A stretch of DNA of 62,132 bases, the filler included. It is 7 parts of 7 records of this genome, joined end to end, with 100 filler letters (N's around TTAATTAATTAA, not from the genome) between each part and the next. Parts side by side here need not be neighbours in the genome. Positions count along the whole stretch, not along the records: positions 1 to 11,999 come from SRR20825010_2845; positions 12,100 to 26,692 come from SRR20825010_2847; 5 more parts are not named here. The stretch is one strand, 5' to 3'. Shown piece after piece: positions 8,623-18,650 of the stretch. Each line of letters opens with the position of its first letter. The first letter of the stretch is position 1. The position numbers and the translations under genes are program-made. The notes below the pieces were generated by a model. The model was not told the origin of the DNA. It did not search any database and saw only the letters and a program-made list of their open reading frames with translations.

Positions 8623-8651
8623 GCCCCCAAAAGATTGAATCTTTTGGGGGC
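8623..8651. terminator. Bidirectional terminator
   Basis: GCCCCCAAAAGAT/ATCTTTTGGGGGC inverted repeat between convergent genes, flanked by A/T tracts. Confidence 0.85.
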
Positions 8652-8674
8652 ATTTATTTTCACTTTATTTTTTA

Positions 8675-9466
8675 TTACCTACAAGCTTCTGTAATAGTCG
8701 CAAGGTCACCTTTTTTAGATACTTCATTTACTTTGAAATCAGTCCAAACATTGCTATTTGGAGACTGTCCAGAACAGTTAGGTGCTAAATCTACTGTCCA
8801 AGTATAGACCTGACAAGCGACTAAATCCATTGTTTTTTGGCGAGTAACTCCCTTGGTTGACCAGGTATCAAGACCTGTAACTGCCACACCTTGGGCAAAA
8901 GTAAATACCAATTCCGCTGCTGGCATGCTCTCAGAAGGGATGTAAGTGAATGTGTATGGCTCTAAATCACCCTTGTCAACGTAAGAGAAACTTTCCTGAC
9001 AAGTGCCACAATTCTCAACTTCTACAGTGAATTCAACATTTTGTTGTCCACCTTGTCCACTTACTTTCCATCTGAAAGTGTATGTTCCTACCGCATAACC
9101 TGAAAGTGACCCGCTAACTCCTTTAGGAGCTTGTGCCTGCTGAAATACCTGTATCCACTCGCCATCAACTAACTGTTGTAATTGAACTGTACGCGTTCCT
9201 GTGAAACCCGTACCACCGAAACTGAAAGTAATGTTATCACCAACACAAACTGTTTCAGTATAATTTAAATTGAAATTACCACTTGTGGAGAGTCTGGCAT
9301 TCTCGTTTGAAGCAGATCCAAAAGCGTTGAGCTTAAAGCCGGCTTGTTCTGACTTTGCAAGGTCAGTAAGAAGGTCTTCATTTTCGTAGGTAGCTAATTG
9401 GCTACAGGCTCCTAAGAGCAATGCCGACGTCACTAACGCCAACATTTTGGTTGTAAAAATTTTCAT
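8675..9466 (-). CDS. Hypothetical beta-rich (Ig-like) lipoprotein
   Basis: Start MKIFTTK at 9466, lipobox LLGAC, Thr/Gly/Ser-rich strands, several Cys. Confidence 0.7.
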   Translation of the reverse strand: MKIFTTKMLALVTSALLLGACSQLATYENEDLLTDLAKSEQAGFKLNAFGSASNENARLSTSGNFNLNYTETVCVGDNITFSFGGTGFTGTRTVQLQQLVDGEWIQVFQQAQAPKGVSGSLSGYAVGTYTFRWKVSGQGGQQNVEFTVEVENCGTCQESFSYVDKGDLEPYTFTYIPSESMPAAELVFTFAQGVAVTGLDTWSTKGVTRQKTMDLVACQVYTWTVDLAPNCSGQSPNSNVWTDFKVNEVSKKGDLATITEACR

Positions 9467-10015
9467 AGATGTATAAAATTTTAGATTTATGATGGAATAT
9501 AAATGTTTTTCAAACACATATTAACGTTGTTAAAAACATTTTTATAAAAATATTGTAATCAGGTACTCATTTAATACAACCTTTAAGAGCTAAATCTTCT
9601 TAAAACCTAATTTATGACCGACTAATTATTTAAAAACCATAAGAATCAGTAGTTAACCTACTATTGATACAGCTAGCATTTAAGGCATTAATAACTATAA
9701 CAACGATGTTTTGAGACCATTCATCTTCTCGATTGAACTCTAATAAAGAGCTATTTAGGTATAAACCATAGGGAAACTAGACTAGGATCTTTTTTCGTAT
9801 CAACAAAACCGAAATCAAGCTTAAAGCTTAAAAAAATAAAATATAATTATTTGATGTTTTCAAAAGTTACAATACCTACTAACACCTTTATGTAATTAGC
9901 GATTTGGGTGAGCACTTAGCGAGAGTTGAAAAACAGTCACAATCCAATTTCTCATTTTATTGTCCTTCAAGAAAAAAGTATCGCTGATACTTATATTTAA
10001 AAGAACTTTCAAAAG

Positions 10016-10059
10016 GCATAAAAAAACTCCTGAGAAAGATCTCAGGAGTTTTTTTATGC
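10016..10059 (-). terminator. Intrinsic terminator
   Basis: GCATAAAAAAACTCCTGAGA/TCTCAGGAGTTTTTTTATGC inverted repeat just downstream of 10068..10409. Confidence 0.85.
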
Positions 10060-10067
10060 ATACGCAC

Positions 10068-10409
10068 TTATTGTTTTTCCCAAATAGAATCATCCTTTTC
10101 ATAGCGAAGAGTGCCGTCATCTTTATATTTGAAAGTCAATTCCATTCCAAATTGATCACTTTCTTCAATCTTGATTTTCTGTCCTTTAATCTTATAGGAG
10201 GTTCTAGAAATAATGTCACCACCAAGTAAAACGTCGGCTACTCCTCCGGCAGAAAGTGTGATAAATCTTCCGCAGCCATACATTGGGTCAGCAACTGTAT
10301 CGCATCCATCTAGCGTATTCGTGTAAGTTCCCAAGATTTCCGGTTCGTCTAATTTGTCACAAGAAATAAAAACAAGTGCGACAAGCGCAAGTAGGAATAA
10401 GTTTTTCAT
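10068..10409 (-). CDS. Hypothetical lipoprotein
   Basis: Signal peptide with lipobox FISC followed by an acidic stretch. Confidence 0.75.
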   Translation of the reverse strand: MKNLFLLALVALVFISCDKLDEPEILGTYTNTLDGCDTVADPMYGCGRFITLSAGGVADVLLGGDIISRTSYKIKGQKIKIEESDQFGMELTFKYKDDGTLRYEKDDSIWEKQ

Positions 10410-10513
10410 AAAAAAGAAGTTAGGTATAACACATATACGAATGTGAGCTAACGATTGCTACAACGAGGCTAACATTTTCAAAAAATGCTAGTTTAGCGTA
10501 TGAATAGAAATTC

Positions 10514-11980
10514 ATGACAAAGAAAGCACTCATCATAGGTTCAGGTATTGCAGGCATTGCTTCGGCTATTCGATTGGCAGTAAAAGGGTACCAAGTCGAG
10601 GTTTTTGAAGCCAATTCCTACCCTGGTGGAAAGCTCTCAGAAATCCAAATTGGAGATTATCGCTTTGATGCTGGACCATCTCTTTTCACGCTTCCCGAAC
10701 AAGTAGATGAGCTTTTTCGCTTAGCGGGAAAAAATCCGAAGGATTACTTTGCGTATGACAAGCTGAATGTCGCCTGCAAATATTTTTGGGAAGACGGAAC
10801 CAGATTAAATGCATATGCTGATCTTGATCTTTTTGCTGAAGAAGTTCAAAGTAAGCTTGGAGAACCTGCAACAACTATCCGAAAAGCTCTGCGGCAATCC
10901 GCTTTTATATATGATAGTCTAGCACCACTCTTTATGAACCGCTCACTTCATAAGCTAGACACCTGGACAAATCCTCATGCACTAAAATCCTACCTGAGGA
11001 TGGGAAAGCTTGGGATTTTTTCCACCATGGACGAAGCAAATCAGAAGCAATTCACTCATCCAAAGTTGGTACAACTCTTCAATCGCTACGCGACTTACAA
11101 TGGCTCAAATCCTTTCGAGACTCCAGCTACTCTGAATATTATTCCTCATCTGGAATTTAATATTGGCGCATTTTTCCCTAAAAAAGGCATGCATGACATC
11201 ACGCAGAGCTTGTTCAAACTGTCAGAAGAACTTGGGGTGACTTATCATTTTGGGCAGAAAGTCGATAAGGTCTTAGTAGAAAATGGAAAAGCGAAAGGCT
11301 TACGAGTTAAAGGTCAAGATCACTATGCTGACCTCGTGGTGAACAATATGGATATGGTCAATGCCTATAAGACCATCCTCAAGGAAGAGAAGCAGCCCAA
11401 GCTTTTACTCAACCAACCCAAATCGAGTTCTGCGCTGATTTTCTATTGGGGAATTAAGCGTGACTTTCCTGAGCTGGATCTTCACAATATTTTCTTTACT
11501 GACAATTACCCCTTGGAATTTGAGCATATTTTCAAGAAAGGAACCATTTATGATGATCCTACTATCTATGTAAATATAACCTCTACTCATAAGTCTGACG
11601 ATGCTCCAGCGGGATGCATGAATTGGTTTACGATGATCAATGTGCCCAATAACCAAGGGCAAGATTGGGATCAGATGATTACAGAAGCAAAAAGGAATAT
11701 CATACATAAGCTGAATAGAATTCTCAAAACTGATGTAGAACCCTTGATTGAAGCAGAGGAAATCCTAGATCCAAGGACTATTGAATCTAAAACATCCAGT
11801 GCGCAAGGTGCTCTTTATGGCAATAGCTCAAACAATAAGTTTGCAGCTTTTCTTCGTCATGCAAATTATTCCTCCTCGATAAAAAATCTCTACTTCTGTG
11901 GAGGATCTGTGCACCCTGGAGGAGGGATTCCTCTTTGCTTACTTTCAGCGAAAATTATGAGTGAAATGATTGAAGGATAA
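10514..11980 (+). CDS. crtD: CrtI-family desaturase, likely 1-hydroxycarotenoid 3,4-desaturase
   Basis: GSGIAG FAD motif, FDAGPSLFT, RYATYNGS, GALYGNSSN, GGSVHPGGGIPL. Confidence 0.88.
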   Translation: MTKKALIIGSGIAGIASAIRLAVKGYQVEVFEANSYPGGKLSEIQIGDYRFDAGPSLFTLPEQVDELFRLAGKNPKDYFAYDKLNVACKYFWEDGTRLNAYADLDLFAEEVQSKLGEPATTIRKALRQSAFIYDSLAPLFMNRSLHKLDTWTNPHALKSYLRMGKLGIFSTMDEANQKQFTHPKLVQLFNRYATYNGSNPFETPATLNIIPHLEFNIGAFFPKKGMHDITQSLFKLSEELGVTYHFGQKVDKVLVENGKAKGLRVKGQDHYADLVVNNMDMVNAYKTILKEEKQPKLLLNQPKSSSALIFYWGIKRDFPELDLHNIFFTDNYPLEFEHIFKKGTIYDDPTIYVNITSTHKSDDAPAGCMNWFTMINVPNNQGQDWDQMITEAKRNIIHKLNRILKTDVEPLIEAEEILDPRTIESKTSSAQGALYGNSSNNKFAAFLRHANYSSSIKNLYFCGGSVHPGGGIPLCLLSAKIMSEMIEG

Positions 11981-11999
11981 ACAGCAGTGATCAGTAGTC

Positions 12000-12099
12000 N
12001 NNNNNNNNNNNNNNNNNNNNNNNNNNNNNNNNNNNNNNNNNNNTTAATTAATTAANNNNNNNNNNNNNNNNNNNNNNNNNNNNNNNNNNNNNNNNNNNN
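12000..12099. other. Artificial contig spacer
   Basis: 44 N + TTAATTAATTAA (stops in all six frames) + 44 N. Confidence 0.99.
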
Positions 12100-12187
12100 T
12101 TATAATGTTGAAAGTTTTAAAGTTTGCACGCCTAGGACGTATCCGATGAAAAAGGGGTTAGACTTGGAAGTAGGGAAATAGGGGAAT

Positions 12188-12219
12188 GCTCAAGGTCGGG
12201 AGACTTTGCGCAGCGGGGG
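12188..12219. repeat. REP-like imperfect hairpin at the truncation point of the adjacent gene fragment
   Basis: GCTCAAGGTC-GGGA-GACTTTGCGC followed by AGCGGGGG; GC-rich in an AT-rich context. Confidence 0.4.
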
Positions 12220-12385
12220 TTTTATGTATTCTATATTCATTGGAAAGTTTGTTTAAAGTATAATTATTTCTTGTACAAAGAATTGGATCTACTTTTGAAT
12301 GATTTGCTAAAATTGGTAAATAGGCTTTTTGAGCAATCCTCCCTAATCCAATTAATGCTATTTTAATTTTGGGCTTATTTGACAT
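12220..12385 (-). pseudogene. N-terminal fragment of a Gfo/Idh/MocA (MviM/YceM-like) oxidoreductase
   Basis: IKIALIGLGRIAQKAYLPIL...LCTRN; resemblance stops after ~55 aa. Confidence 0.75.
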
Positions 12386-12991
12386 ATAATGAATCTAAGG
12401 AATTTAAATTGGATTATACATTAGCGGTGGTATTTGGTTCAATTATTTCGGATAACGCATTCGAAAATGAATCCTGATAGTTAGTGTTGTTAGACTATTT
12501 GGGCATAAAAAGTTGGAGCGGGTCGGTGCCGACCCTTTAAACCGACCCATCGTAGTGGGCCATGGTAGTAAAAACAGGCTTGAAATTATGAACGTAAATA
12601 AATATATTTTCATAAATGTATTATTAATAGTTGCACGCTACCCAATTCCATTTCGCTTTGTACCAGGCAAGTTTGATTGTTTGGCAAAACCAATACAAAC
12701 GCAGTTACTGGTAAATCCAAATATTCTATCTTTAGTAAAAGTAAACCAATAAATACTAAATTGTTCAAAGAGAAGATAATCTTCATCCGAGCCGTCTAAA
12801 TATTTTATTTCCATAACTTATTGGTCATCAACTTGTTCACTATAAAGTATTATATTTGGTTAGTAGCAGACTTACAAAGAAATGGCATATACCAAAAAGT
12901 TGAACCAAAGTTATATCTATTCTGGCCTCAACCTATCCAGAAAGATTAGGTTTGGAATAACCATGACCCCCTTAATGGAACATAAGCTAAA

Positions 12992-13226
12992 CGAATGAGG
13001 AATTTTGCTTTTGAGAGTTTGCGCTTATTTGATATTAATCGTTGGAAAATCGGTTATGTAAAGACCAGGGTAGACCAAGAAAATTTACTATAAAGAGGCT
13101 GTTTCCGGTCGATGGAAGCTGTTGGCCCATGGAGCGGTTGCTAACTGTAATTAAAACTGGGATTATTGCTGGCCTGTTCCCCGGTGCAAAATGAATATTA
13201 ATGTTATTACCCAGAATCTGGGCTAT
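12992..13226 (+). pseudogene. Degraded C-terminus of a RagB/SusD lipoprotein
   Basis: Manual translation gives RMRNFAFESLRLFDINRWK (cf. ERRxELAFEGxRxFDLxRW) and, in another frame, DYCWPVPRCKMNINVITQNLGY (cf. YLWPIP..E...N.L.QNPGY). Confidence 0.75.
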
Positions 13227-13240
13227 TTAAATAAAAAATT

Positions 13241-14548
13241 ATGTCTAAAAAAGGTATTGTTTCATTAGAAGGCTCTGACCGAAGATCCTTCATAAAAAAG
13301 GCGGGGGCGGCTACACTTTTCAGTGCAGCGACCCTAAACTCTGGTTTTGCAAATCCATTCCTTACGCAGAATAAAGTATTAAAGGTTGGCTTGATAGGTT
13401 GTGGTGGTAGAGGTACGGGTGCGGCCGCACAGGCACTAAGTGCAGACCCTGATACAGTGCTGCATGCTATGGCCGATATTTTTGAGGATAGATTGACCAG
13501 TTCCTTGGAATTGTTGAAGAAAGAACATGGGCAACGAGCAGATGTGAAGCAAGAAATGCAATTTGTTGGTTTTGACGCTTATCAGAAATTAATTGATTCC
13601 GGTGTAGATGTTGTGCTTTTGGCCGAGCCCCCGGGATTTAGGCCAAAACACTTTAGCGCGGCCATAGACGCTGGTAAACATGTGTTCTATGAAAAACCCG
13701 TTGCCGTGGATGCGCCTGGGATACGTAAAGTCTTGGGAGCTGCAAAAAGAGCCAAAGAAAAGAACCTTTCCATAGTTTCTGGCCTCTGTTTTAGATATGA
13801 TCTACCAAAACAGGCCCTTTTTGGAAAAGTATTGGGTGGAGATATAGGGGAAATAAAATCCATTTCCTCAGTTAGAAATGGGGGTGAACTTTGGCATAAA
13901 GAACGCCAATCTGATTGGAACGATATGCAATATAAAATGCGCAACTGGTATTATTACAATTGGCTGAGCGGGGATTTTATTGTAGAAATGTTCGTACATA
14001 GTACAGACATGATTTCCTGGGCCATGGGAGAAAGAATGCCATTGAGTGCAACCGGGGTAGGTGGTAGGCAGTGGCGTACGGATAAAAAGTACGGCAATAT
14101 TTATGACCACTTTGCAGTAGAATTTGATTATGGGGGTGGTTTAAAAGGAAATGTTTCCACAAGGCAACTGAGTGGAGGTTCGTCCAGAAACTCTGTAGAG
14201 GTCGCCGGTACAACAGGAAATGCATTTTATCAGGGAAATCGGCACGAGATTTGGGGCATAAATGAATGGAAGTATGAAGGGGAGTCAAACGACATGTACC
14301 AAAGTGAGCACGACGGATTATTCAAATCCATTCGTATGGGAAGTGCTATAAACGATGGGGAAATGGCCGCCAATAGTACCTTGATGGCTATAATGGCTAG
14401 GGATGCTGCTTATTCCGGACAAACGATAAGTTGGGAAGAGGCCATGAACTCCAACGTATCCCTTGGTCCCGAGAACGATGAGTACAGTTGGGATTTAAAA
14501 TATGATGGTCCAGGAATAGCGGTTCCGGGCATCACCAAAATGGTCTAA
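13241..14548 (+). CDS. Tat-exported Gfo/Idh/MocA oxidoreductase
   Basis: RRSFIK twin-arginine signal, VGLIGCGGRGTGA, HVFYEKPVAVD. Confidence 0.92.
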   Translation: MSKKGIVSLEGSDRRSFIKKAGAATLFSAATLNSGFANPFLTQNKVLKVGLIGCGGRGTGAAAQALSADPDTVLHAMADIFEDRLTSSLELLKKEHGQRADVKQEMQFVGFDAYQKLIDSGVDVVLLAEPPGFRPKHFSAAIDAGKHVFYEKPVAVDAPGIRKVLGAAKRAKEKNLSIVSGLCFRYDLPKQALFGKVLGGDIGEIKSISSVRNGGELWHKERQSDWNDMQYKMRNWYYYNWLSGDFIVEMFVHSTDMISWAMGERMPLSATGVGGRQWRTDKKYGNIYDHFAVEFDYGGGLKGNVSTRQLSGGSSRNSVEVAGTTGNAFYQGNRHEIWGINEWKYEGESNDMYQSEHDGLFKSIRMGSAINDGEMAANSTLMAIMARDAAYSGQTISWEEAMNSNVSLGPENDEYSWDLKYDGPGIAVPGITKMV

Positions 14549-14691
14549 TTATAGATTTAGCAATTTAGAGGTGAAGAGTCCTCAAAATTGCTAATTTTAT
14601 GGGAATGCTTTATTCTGTTGTAACCTAAAACTACGTTCGGTAATCTGTTGAACAGCTATTTTATTTTGATAAATAATTGAACCATAAAAAC

Positions 14692-15471
14692 ATGAAGAAA
14701 ATTTCGATTAATAGAAAATTTGCCCTTTTATCGGTATTGTTAATTATAATGATTGCTTACCAGGCCGAGGCGCAGAACGAAGCATTTGAATTTGAATTTG
14801 GCGAGGAGGATACCTGGGAGAATTTGATTTCTGGGAAGTCGGGAGAAGCATCTACCATTAAATGGATCAATGTGAATACCGTTAAAGAGGGTTGGACCGT
14901 GGGCCCAGATGGGGTACTGGTAAACTTGGGCCATCCAATTGGGGTAGTAAGATCGGAGAAACAATATGAAAACTTTATTCTTCATGTAGAATGGCGACAT
15001 ATGGAAGCTGGGGGCAATTCTGGAATATTTGCATGGAGCGGTGCCGATCCAAAGGGGAAATCCCCATTGCCGGACGGTGTGGAAATCCAGATGTTGGAAT
15101 TGGACTGGGTAAACATAAATGCAAAAGATGGTGTACAGCAACCCATAGCCTATGTTCATGGGGAAGTTTGGGGTGTAGGGGGAGTAGTGACCCTACCGGA
15201 TAATCCACGGGGGGAAAGAAGTAAGTCCGTAGAGAATAGATGTAAGGGAAAGGGAGAATGGAATACCTATGACGTAGTATGCGTAGATGGGGTCATTAAA
15301 CTTTCTGTTAACGGCAAATTTGTGAATGGTATTTCTAAATCCACTCAAAAGAAAGGTTATTTCTGTCTCGAATCTGAAGGTGCGGAGATTCATTTCAGGA
15401 ATTTAAAAGTAATAGAATTACCGCCAGGGGTAACTAGTGCTGAGCAGATAGCTCCTTTGCTTAATAAATAG
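14692..15471 (+). CDS. DUF1080 / 3-keto-disaccharide hydrolase family protein
   Basis: Signal peptide, [44 protein letters not shown]. Confidence 0.88.
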   Translation: MKKISINRKFALLSVLLIIMIAYQAEAQNEAFEFEFGEEDTWENLISGKSGEASTIKWINVNTVKEGWTVGPDGVLVNLGHPIGVVRSEKQYENFILHVEWRHMEAGGNSGIFAWSGADPKGKSPLPDGVEIQMLELDWVNINAKDGVQQPIAYVHGEVWGVGGVVTLPDNPRGERSKSVENRCKGKGEWNTYDVVCVDGVIKLSVNGKFVNGISKSTQKKGYFCLESEGAEIHFRNLKVIELPPGVTSAEQIAPLLNK

Positions 15472-15602
15472 TTGTGAATCCTATGGATGAGTAACAACAA
15501 GTCTGATTCTAAAAGGTGAGGTTTTCCGTTGTTTCCAAAGCATATTCAATTTTACCCATAGAATTCATTGCATAAAATAATATAACCAACCAACCCACCT
15601 CC

Positions 15603-16907
15603 ATGAATAACTCAGTAAGATTACGTTTATCCGTTCTAATGCTATTGGAGTATTTTATATGGGGAGCGTGGTATGTTACCATGGGCACCTATCTGATGTC
15701 CTCATTGGAGGTAAATGCAACACAAGTGGGGGCGGCATATGCAAACCTTTCTATAGCAGCCATTATTTCTCCTTTTTTCGTTGGTCTGGTTGCTGACCGA
15801 TTTTTCTCCGCACAAAAGGTATTGGGAACATTACATTTAATGGGTGCTGCCACCTTATATTATATAAGTACCGTGGAGCATTTTCAAATTTTTTGGTGGT
15901 TGATTTTGCTATACACATTGTTGTATATGCCTACGATGTCCTTGGTCAACTCCATTTCCTTTTCGCAAATGGAAGATCCCGATAAGGAATTTCCACGGAT
16001 TAGGGTTTTAGGAACCTTGGGCTGGATAGCAGCGGGACTTTTAATAGGGTTTATGGAGTTGGAGACTTCTTATATGACCTTCCGCATTGCGGCCTATTGT
16101 TCTTTGTTGCTTGGTATTTTAAGCTTCTTTTTGCCAAGTACCCCGCCTACCGGTAAAAGCGCAAGTATTTCTGCCATATTGGGACTAGATGCCTTGGTTT
16201 TATTTAAAAAAAGGTCATTTGTTGTTTTCTTTGTCAGCTCTATTCTAGTTTGTATCCCATTGGCTTTTTATTACAATTTTGCCAATCCTTTTCTGAATGA
16301 CGTAGGGATGGAAAATGCTGCCGCTAAAATGACTTTGGGGCAGGTTTCCGAACTTTTATTCATGTTATTGATGCCCCTTGCTTTTAGAAGGCTCGGAATT
16401 AAAAAAATGATGCTGATAGGTATTTTTGCCTGGGTAGTACGTTATCTTTTATTTGCTTATGGGGATATAGGTCCAGGAATTTGGATGTTATATTTTGGAA
16501 TTATATTACATGGTGTATGTTATGATTTCTTTTTTGTTTCCGGTCAGATCTACATTGATAAGAAGTCCAAACCCTCCTTTCGAAATTCCGCCCAGGGGCT
16601 TATCACTTTTGCAACTTATGGGGTGGGAATGTTTATTGGCTCATTTGTCTCAGGAGCAGTAACCGATAATTTTCTCGTCGACATTAATGGCATATTGAGC
16701 TACCAATGGGAATCCATTTGGCTGGTTCCAGCAATAATTGCTTTATTGGTGGGTTTGTTATTCATGTTTTTCTTCAGGGAAAAACTTGTAGGAACTTTAA
16801 AAGTAGACAACAAGATGCCGCACATTTTACCTAATACAGACAATAGGGGTCAAAAGGGTATGGTGGGCGATTTGGCCGATAGCGCTGATCCAAAAATAGA
16901 AAGATAA
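15603..16907 (+). CDS. MFS transporter, nucleoside:H+ symporter (NupG/XapB-like) family
   Basis: LEYFIWGAW, IRVLGTLGWI, MTLGQVSE, LHGVCYDFFFV. Confidence 0.9.
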   Translation: MNNSVRLRLSVLMLLEYFIWGAWYVTMGTYLMSSLEVNATQVGAAYANLSIAAIISPFFVGLVADRFFSAQKVLGTLHLMGAATLYYISTVEHFQIFWWLILLYTLLYMPTMSLVNSISFSQMEDPDKEFPRIRVLGTLGWIAAGLLIGFMELETSYMTFRIAAYCSLLLGILSFFLPSTPPTGKSASISAILGLDALVLFKKRSFVVFFVSSILVCIPLAFYYNFANPFLNDVGMENAAAKMTLGQVSELLFMLLMPLAFRRLGIKKMMLIGIFAWVVRYLLFAYGDIGPGIWMLYFGIILHGVCYDFFFVSGQIYIDKKSKPSFRNSAQGLITFATYGVGMFIGSFVSGAVTDNFLVDINGILSYQWESIWLVPAIIALLVGLLFMFFFREKLVGTLKVDNKMPHILPNTDNRGQKGMVGDLADSADPKIER

Positions 16908-16947
16908 TTCCCTAAAATAAGTGCTGGTAAGATTTAATATTAATATT

Positions 16948-17073
16948 ATGGTCAATAAAAGCAATCCGGTGCGTGTTCCGGTAGTGGGGTTTGGAAATAT
17001 GGCTGCATCCCTTGTAACGGCTTATCACAATTTTAAAGCAGCTTTGAAAACTACTAATCCGAATACAAATTAA
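16948..17073 (+). pseudogene. Probable N-terminal remnant of another Rossmann-fold (Gfo/Idh/MocA) oxidoreductase
   Basis: 41-codon ORF MVNKSNPVRVPVVGFGNMAASLVTAYHNF..., resembling VLVVGxGNMGxSHxxAYH starts. Confidence 0.5.
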
Positions 17074-17109
17074 TACCAATATCAGATAGAAACTATAAAA
17101 ATTAAACAG

Positions 17110-18195
17110 ATGAAAAAACCGTGGATTGCCTTATTAGTACTATTGACGATTTCTTGTGTAGAAAAGAATGAATATTATACTTTGGACGATTTTGACAAGG
17201 TAGATAAAATTGATACACACATTCATGTTTTTGCTGATCGGAACAGTTTTGTAAATCAAGCAAAGAAAGACAATTTTCGTTTGCTGAATATTATGGTCGA
17301 CCTTTCAAAAGGTGAGGAACATATTAAAGAACAATATGATTATTGTTTAGCTCAAAAGAAAGGGCATCCTGAGGATTATGAGTTCGCTACCTCCTTTTCT
17401 ATAGAGGATTGGGATAACCCTGACTTCACAAAGAATACCATTGCCTGGTTGGACAAGAGTTTTGAAGAAGGGGCCATAGCTGTAAAGGTTTGGAAGAACA
17501 TTGGCATGGTTTTTCGTGATAAGGATAACGAGCTAATAATGGTCGACAATCCCAAGCTGGATACGATATTCGATTATTTGGCCAGTAAAAAGATCCCATT
17601 GGTAGGTCATTTGGGAGAACCAAAAAACTGTTGGCTTCCGCTAGATGAAATGACAACCAATAACGATCGGAAATATTTTTCGGAACATCCGCAGTACCAT
17701 ATGTACCAACATCCGGAACTACCTTCTTATGAAGAACAGATCGCCGCTCGGGATCGTATGCTGGAAAAACACCCCGATCTTGTGTTTATTGGGGCACACA
17801 TGGGGAGTCTAGAGTGGAGCGTGGATGAATTGGCGAAACGGTTGGACAAGTTTCCCAATATGTCCATAGACCTCGCTGCCAGAATGGGGCAAGTTTTTTA
17901 TCAAACTGTAGAAAATAGGGAAAAGGTACGTGCCTTTTTTATTAAGTACCAAGATCGGCTCCTCTATGCAACCGATTTGGCCGATGATGGCGAGGAAAAT
18001 GTCGGAGAAATGCAAAAGGAGATGCATAAAATGTGGCTTACGGATTGGCGATTTTTCGTTACCGATGAGCTTATGGCCAGTGATCTGGTAAATGAAGAGT
18101 TTAGGGGATTAAAACTTCCTAAGGAGGCAGTGGATAAAATTTATTTCCAAAACGCAAAAAAATGGCTTAAGATGTTTCCATCAAATGGAATTTGA
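17110..18195 (+). CDS. Amidohydrolase-family lipoprotein
   Basis: Lipobox TISC, DTHIH metal motif, GAHMG, LLYATD. Confidence 0.88.
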   Translation: MKKPWIALLVLLTISCVEKNEYYTLDDFDKVDKIDTHIHVFADRNSFVNQAKKDNFRLLNIMVDLSKGEEHIKEQYDYCLAQKKGHPEDYEFATSFSIEDWDNPDFTKNTIAWLDKSFEEGAIAVKVWKNIGMVFRDKDNELIMVDNPKLDTIFDYLASKKIPLVGHLGEPKNCWLPLDEMTTNNDRKYFSEHPQYHMYQHPELPSYEEQIAARDRMLEKHPDLVFIGAHMGSLEWSVDELAKRLDKFPNMSIDLAARMGQVFYQTVENREKVRAFFIKYQDRLLYATDLADDGEENVGEMQKEMHKMWLTDWRFFVTDELMASDLVNEEFRGLKLPKEAVDKIYFQNAKKWLKMFPSNGI

Positions 18196-18388
18196 AATTT
18201 TGAACAGTTCGGTGAACCATTTTAAAAGAAGAAAATTTCTAATATCATCGATCCAATAAAGTTTTCTGTGGTGGGCAGCGGGGAAGTGCTACAACCAAGC
18301 TTATTTTTCTCAACTTCTGATGTAACAAATATTGGTTTTGGAATTGTTCTAATCGATGAAGTACAGTTTTGTTCGACAAACGGGCGGA

Positions 18389-18496
18389 GAAGTTGAAAGT
18401 TATAATGTTCAAGGTTCAAGGAACTAAGTTTGAATGTTTTAATGTTGAAAGTTATAATGTTGTAATGTTTAAGGTTATAATGTTGAAGGTTCTAAG
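18389..18496. repeat. Degenerate 8-nt tandem repeat tract
   Basis: Units such as ataatgtt, gtaatgtt, tgaaagtt, taaggtt; similar units at the contig start 12100-12126. Confidence 0.75.
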
Positions 18497-18650
18497 GCGT
18501 TCTTGGCAAGGGGGTACTTTTTTTTGGCCGCTTGACCATGCCGCCCCAAATTAACTTTCAATTTAATATCTTTAAAAATTAAGCCTGTGAAGGGGCTATA
18601 AGTTTAAATGATACAACACGACCTTAACGCGTTTAAGTGAAATATAATCT

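Noticed and set aside
12044-12055. Recurrent TTAATTAATTAA as a biological repeat or CRISPR-like unit
   Set aside because: It is always centred in N runs; it is a synthetic six-frame stop linker.
18240-18330. Possible further Rossmann-start relic (IKFSVVGSG)
   Set aside because: Too short, with no start codon or further matching residues.
18369-18554. 61-aa ORF with repeated VIMFKV/VVMFKV as a repeat peptide or RiPP precursor
   Set aside because: It is the translation of the 8-nt DNA repeat, has a weak start and no modifying enzymes nearby.
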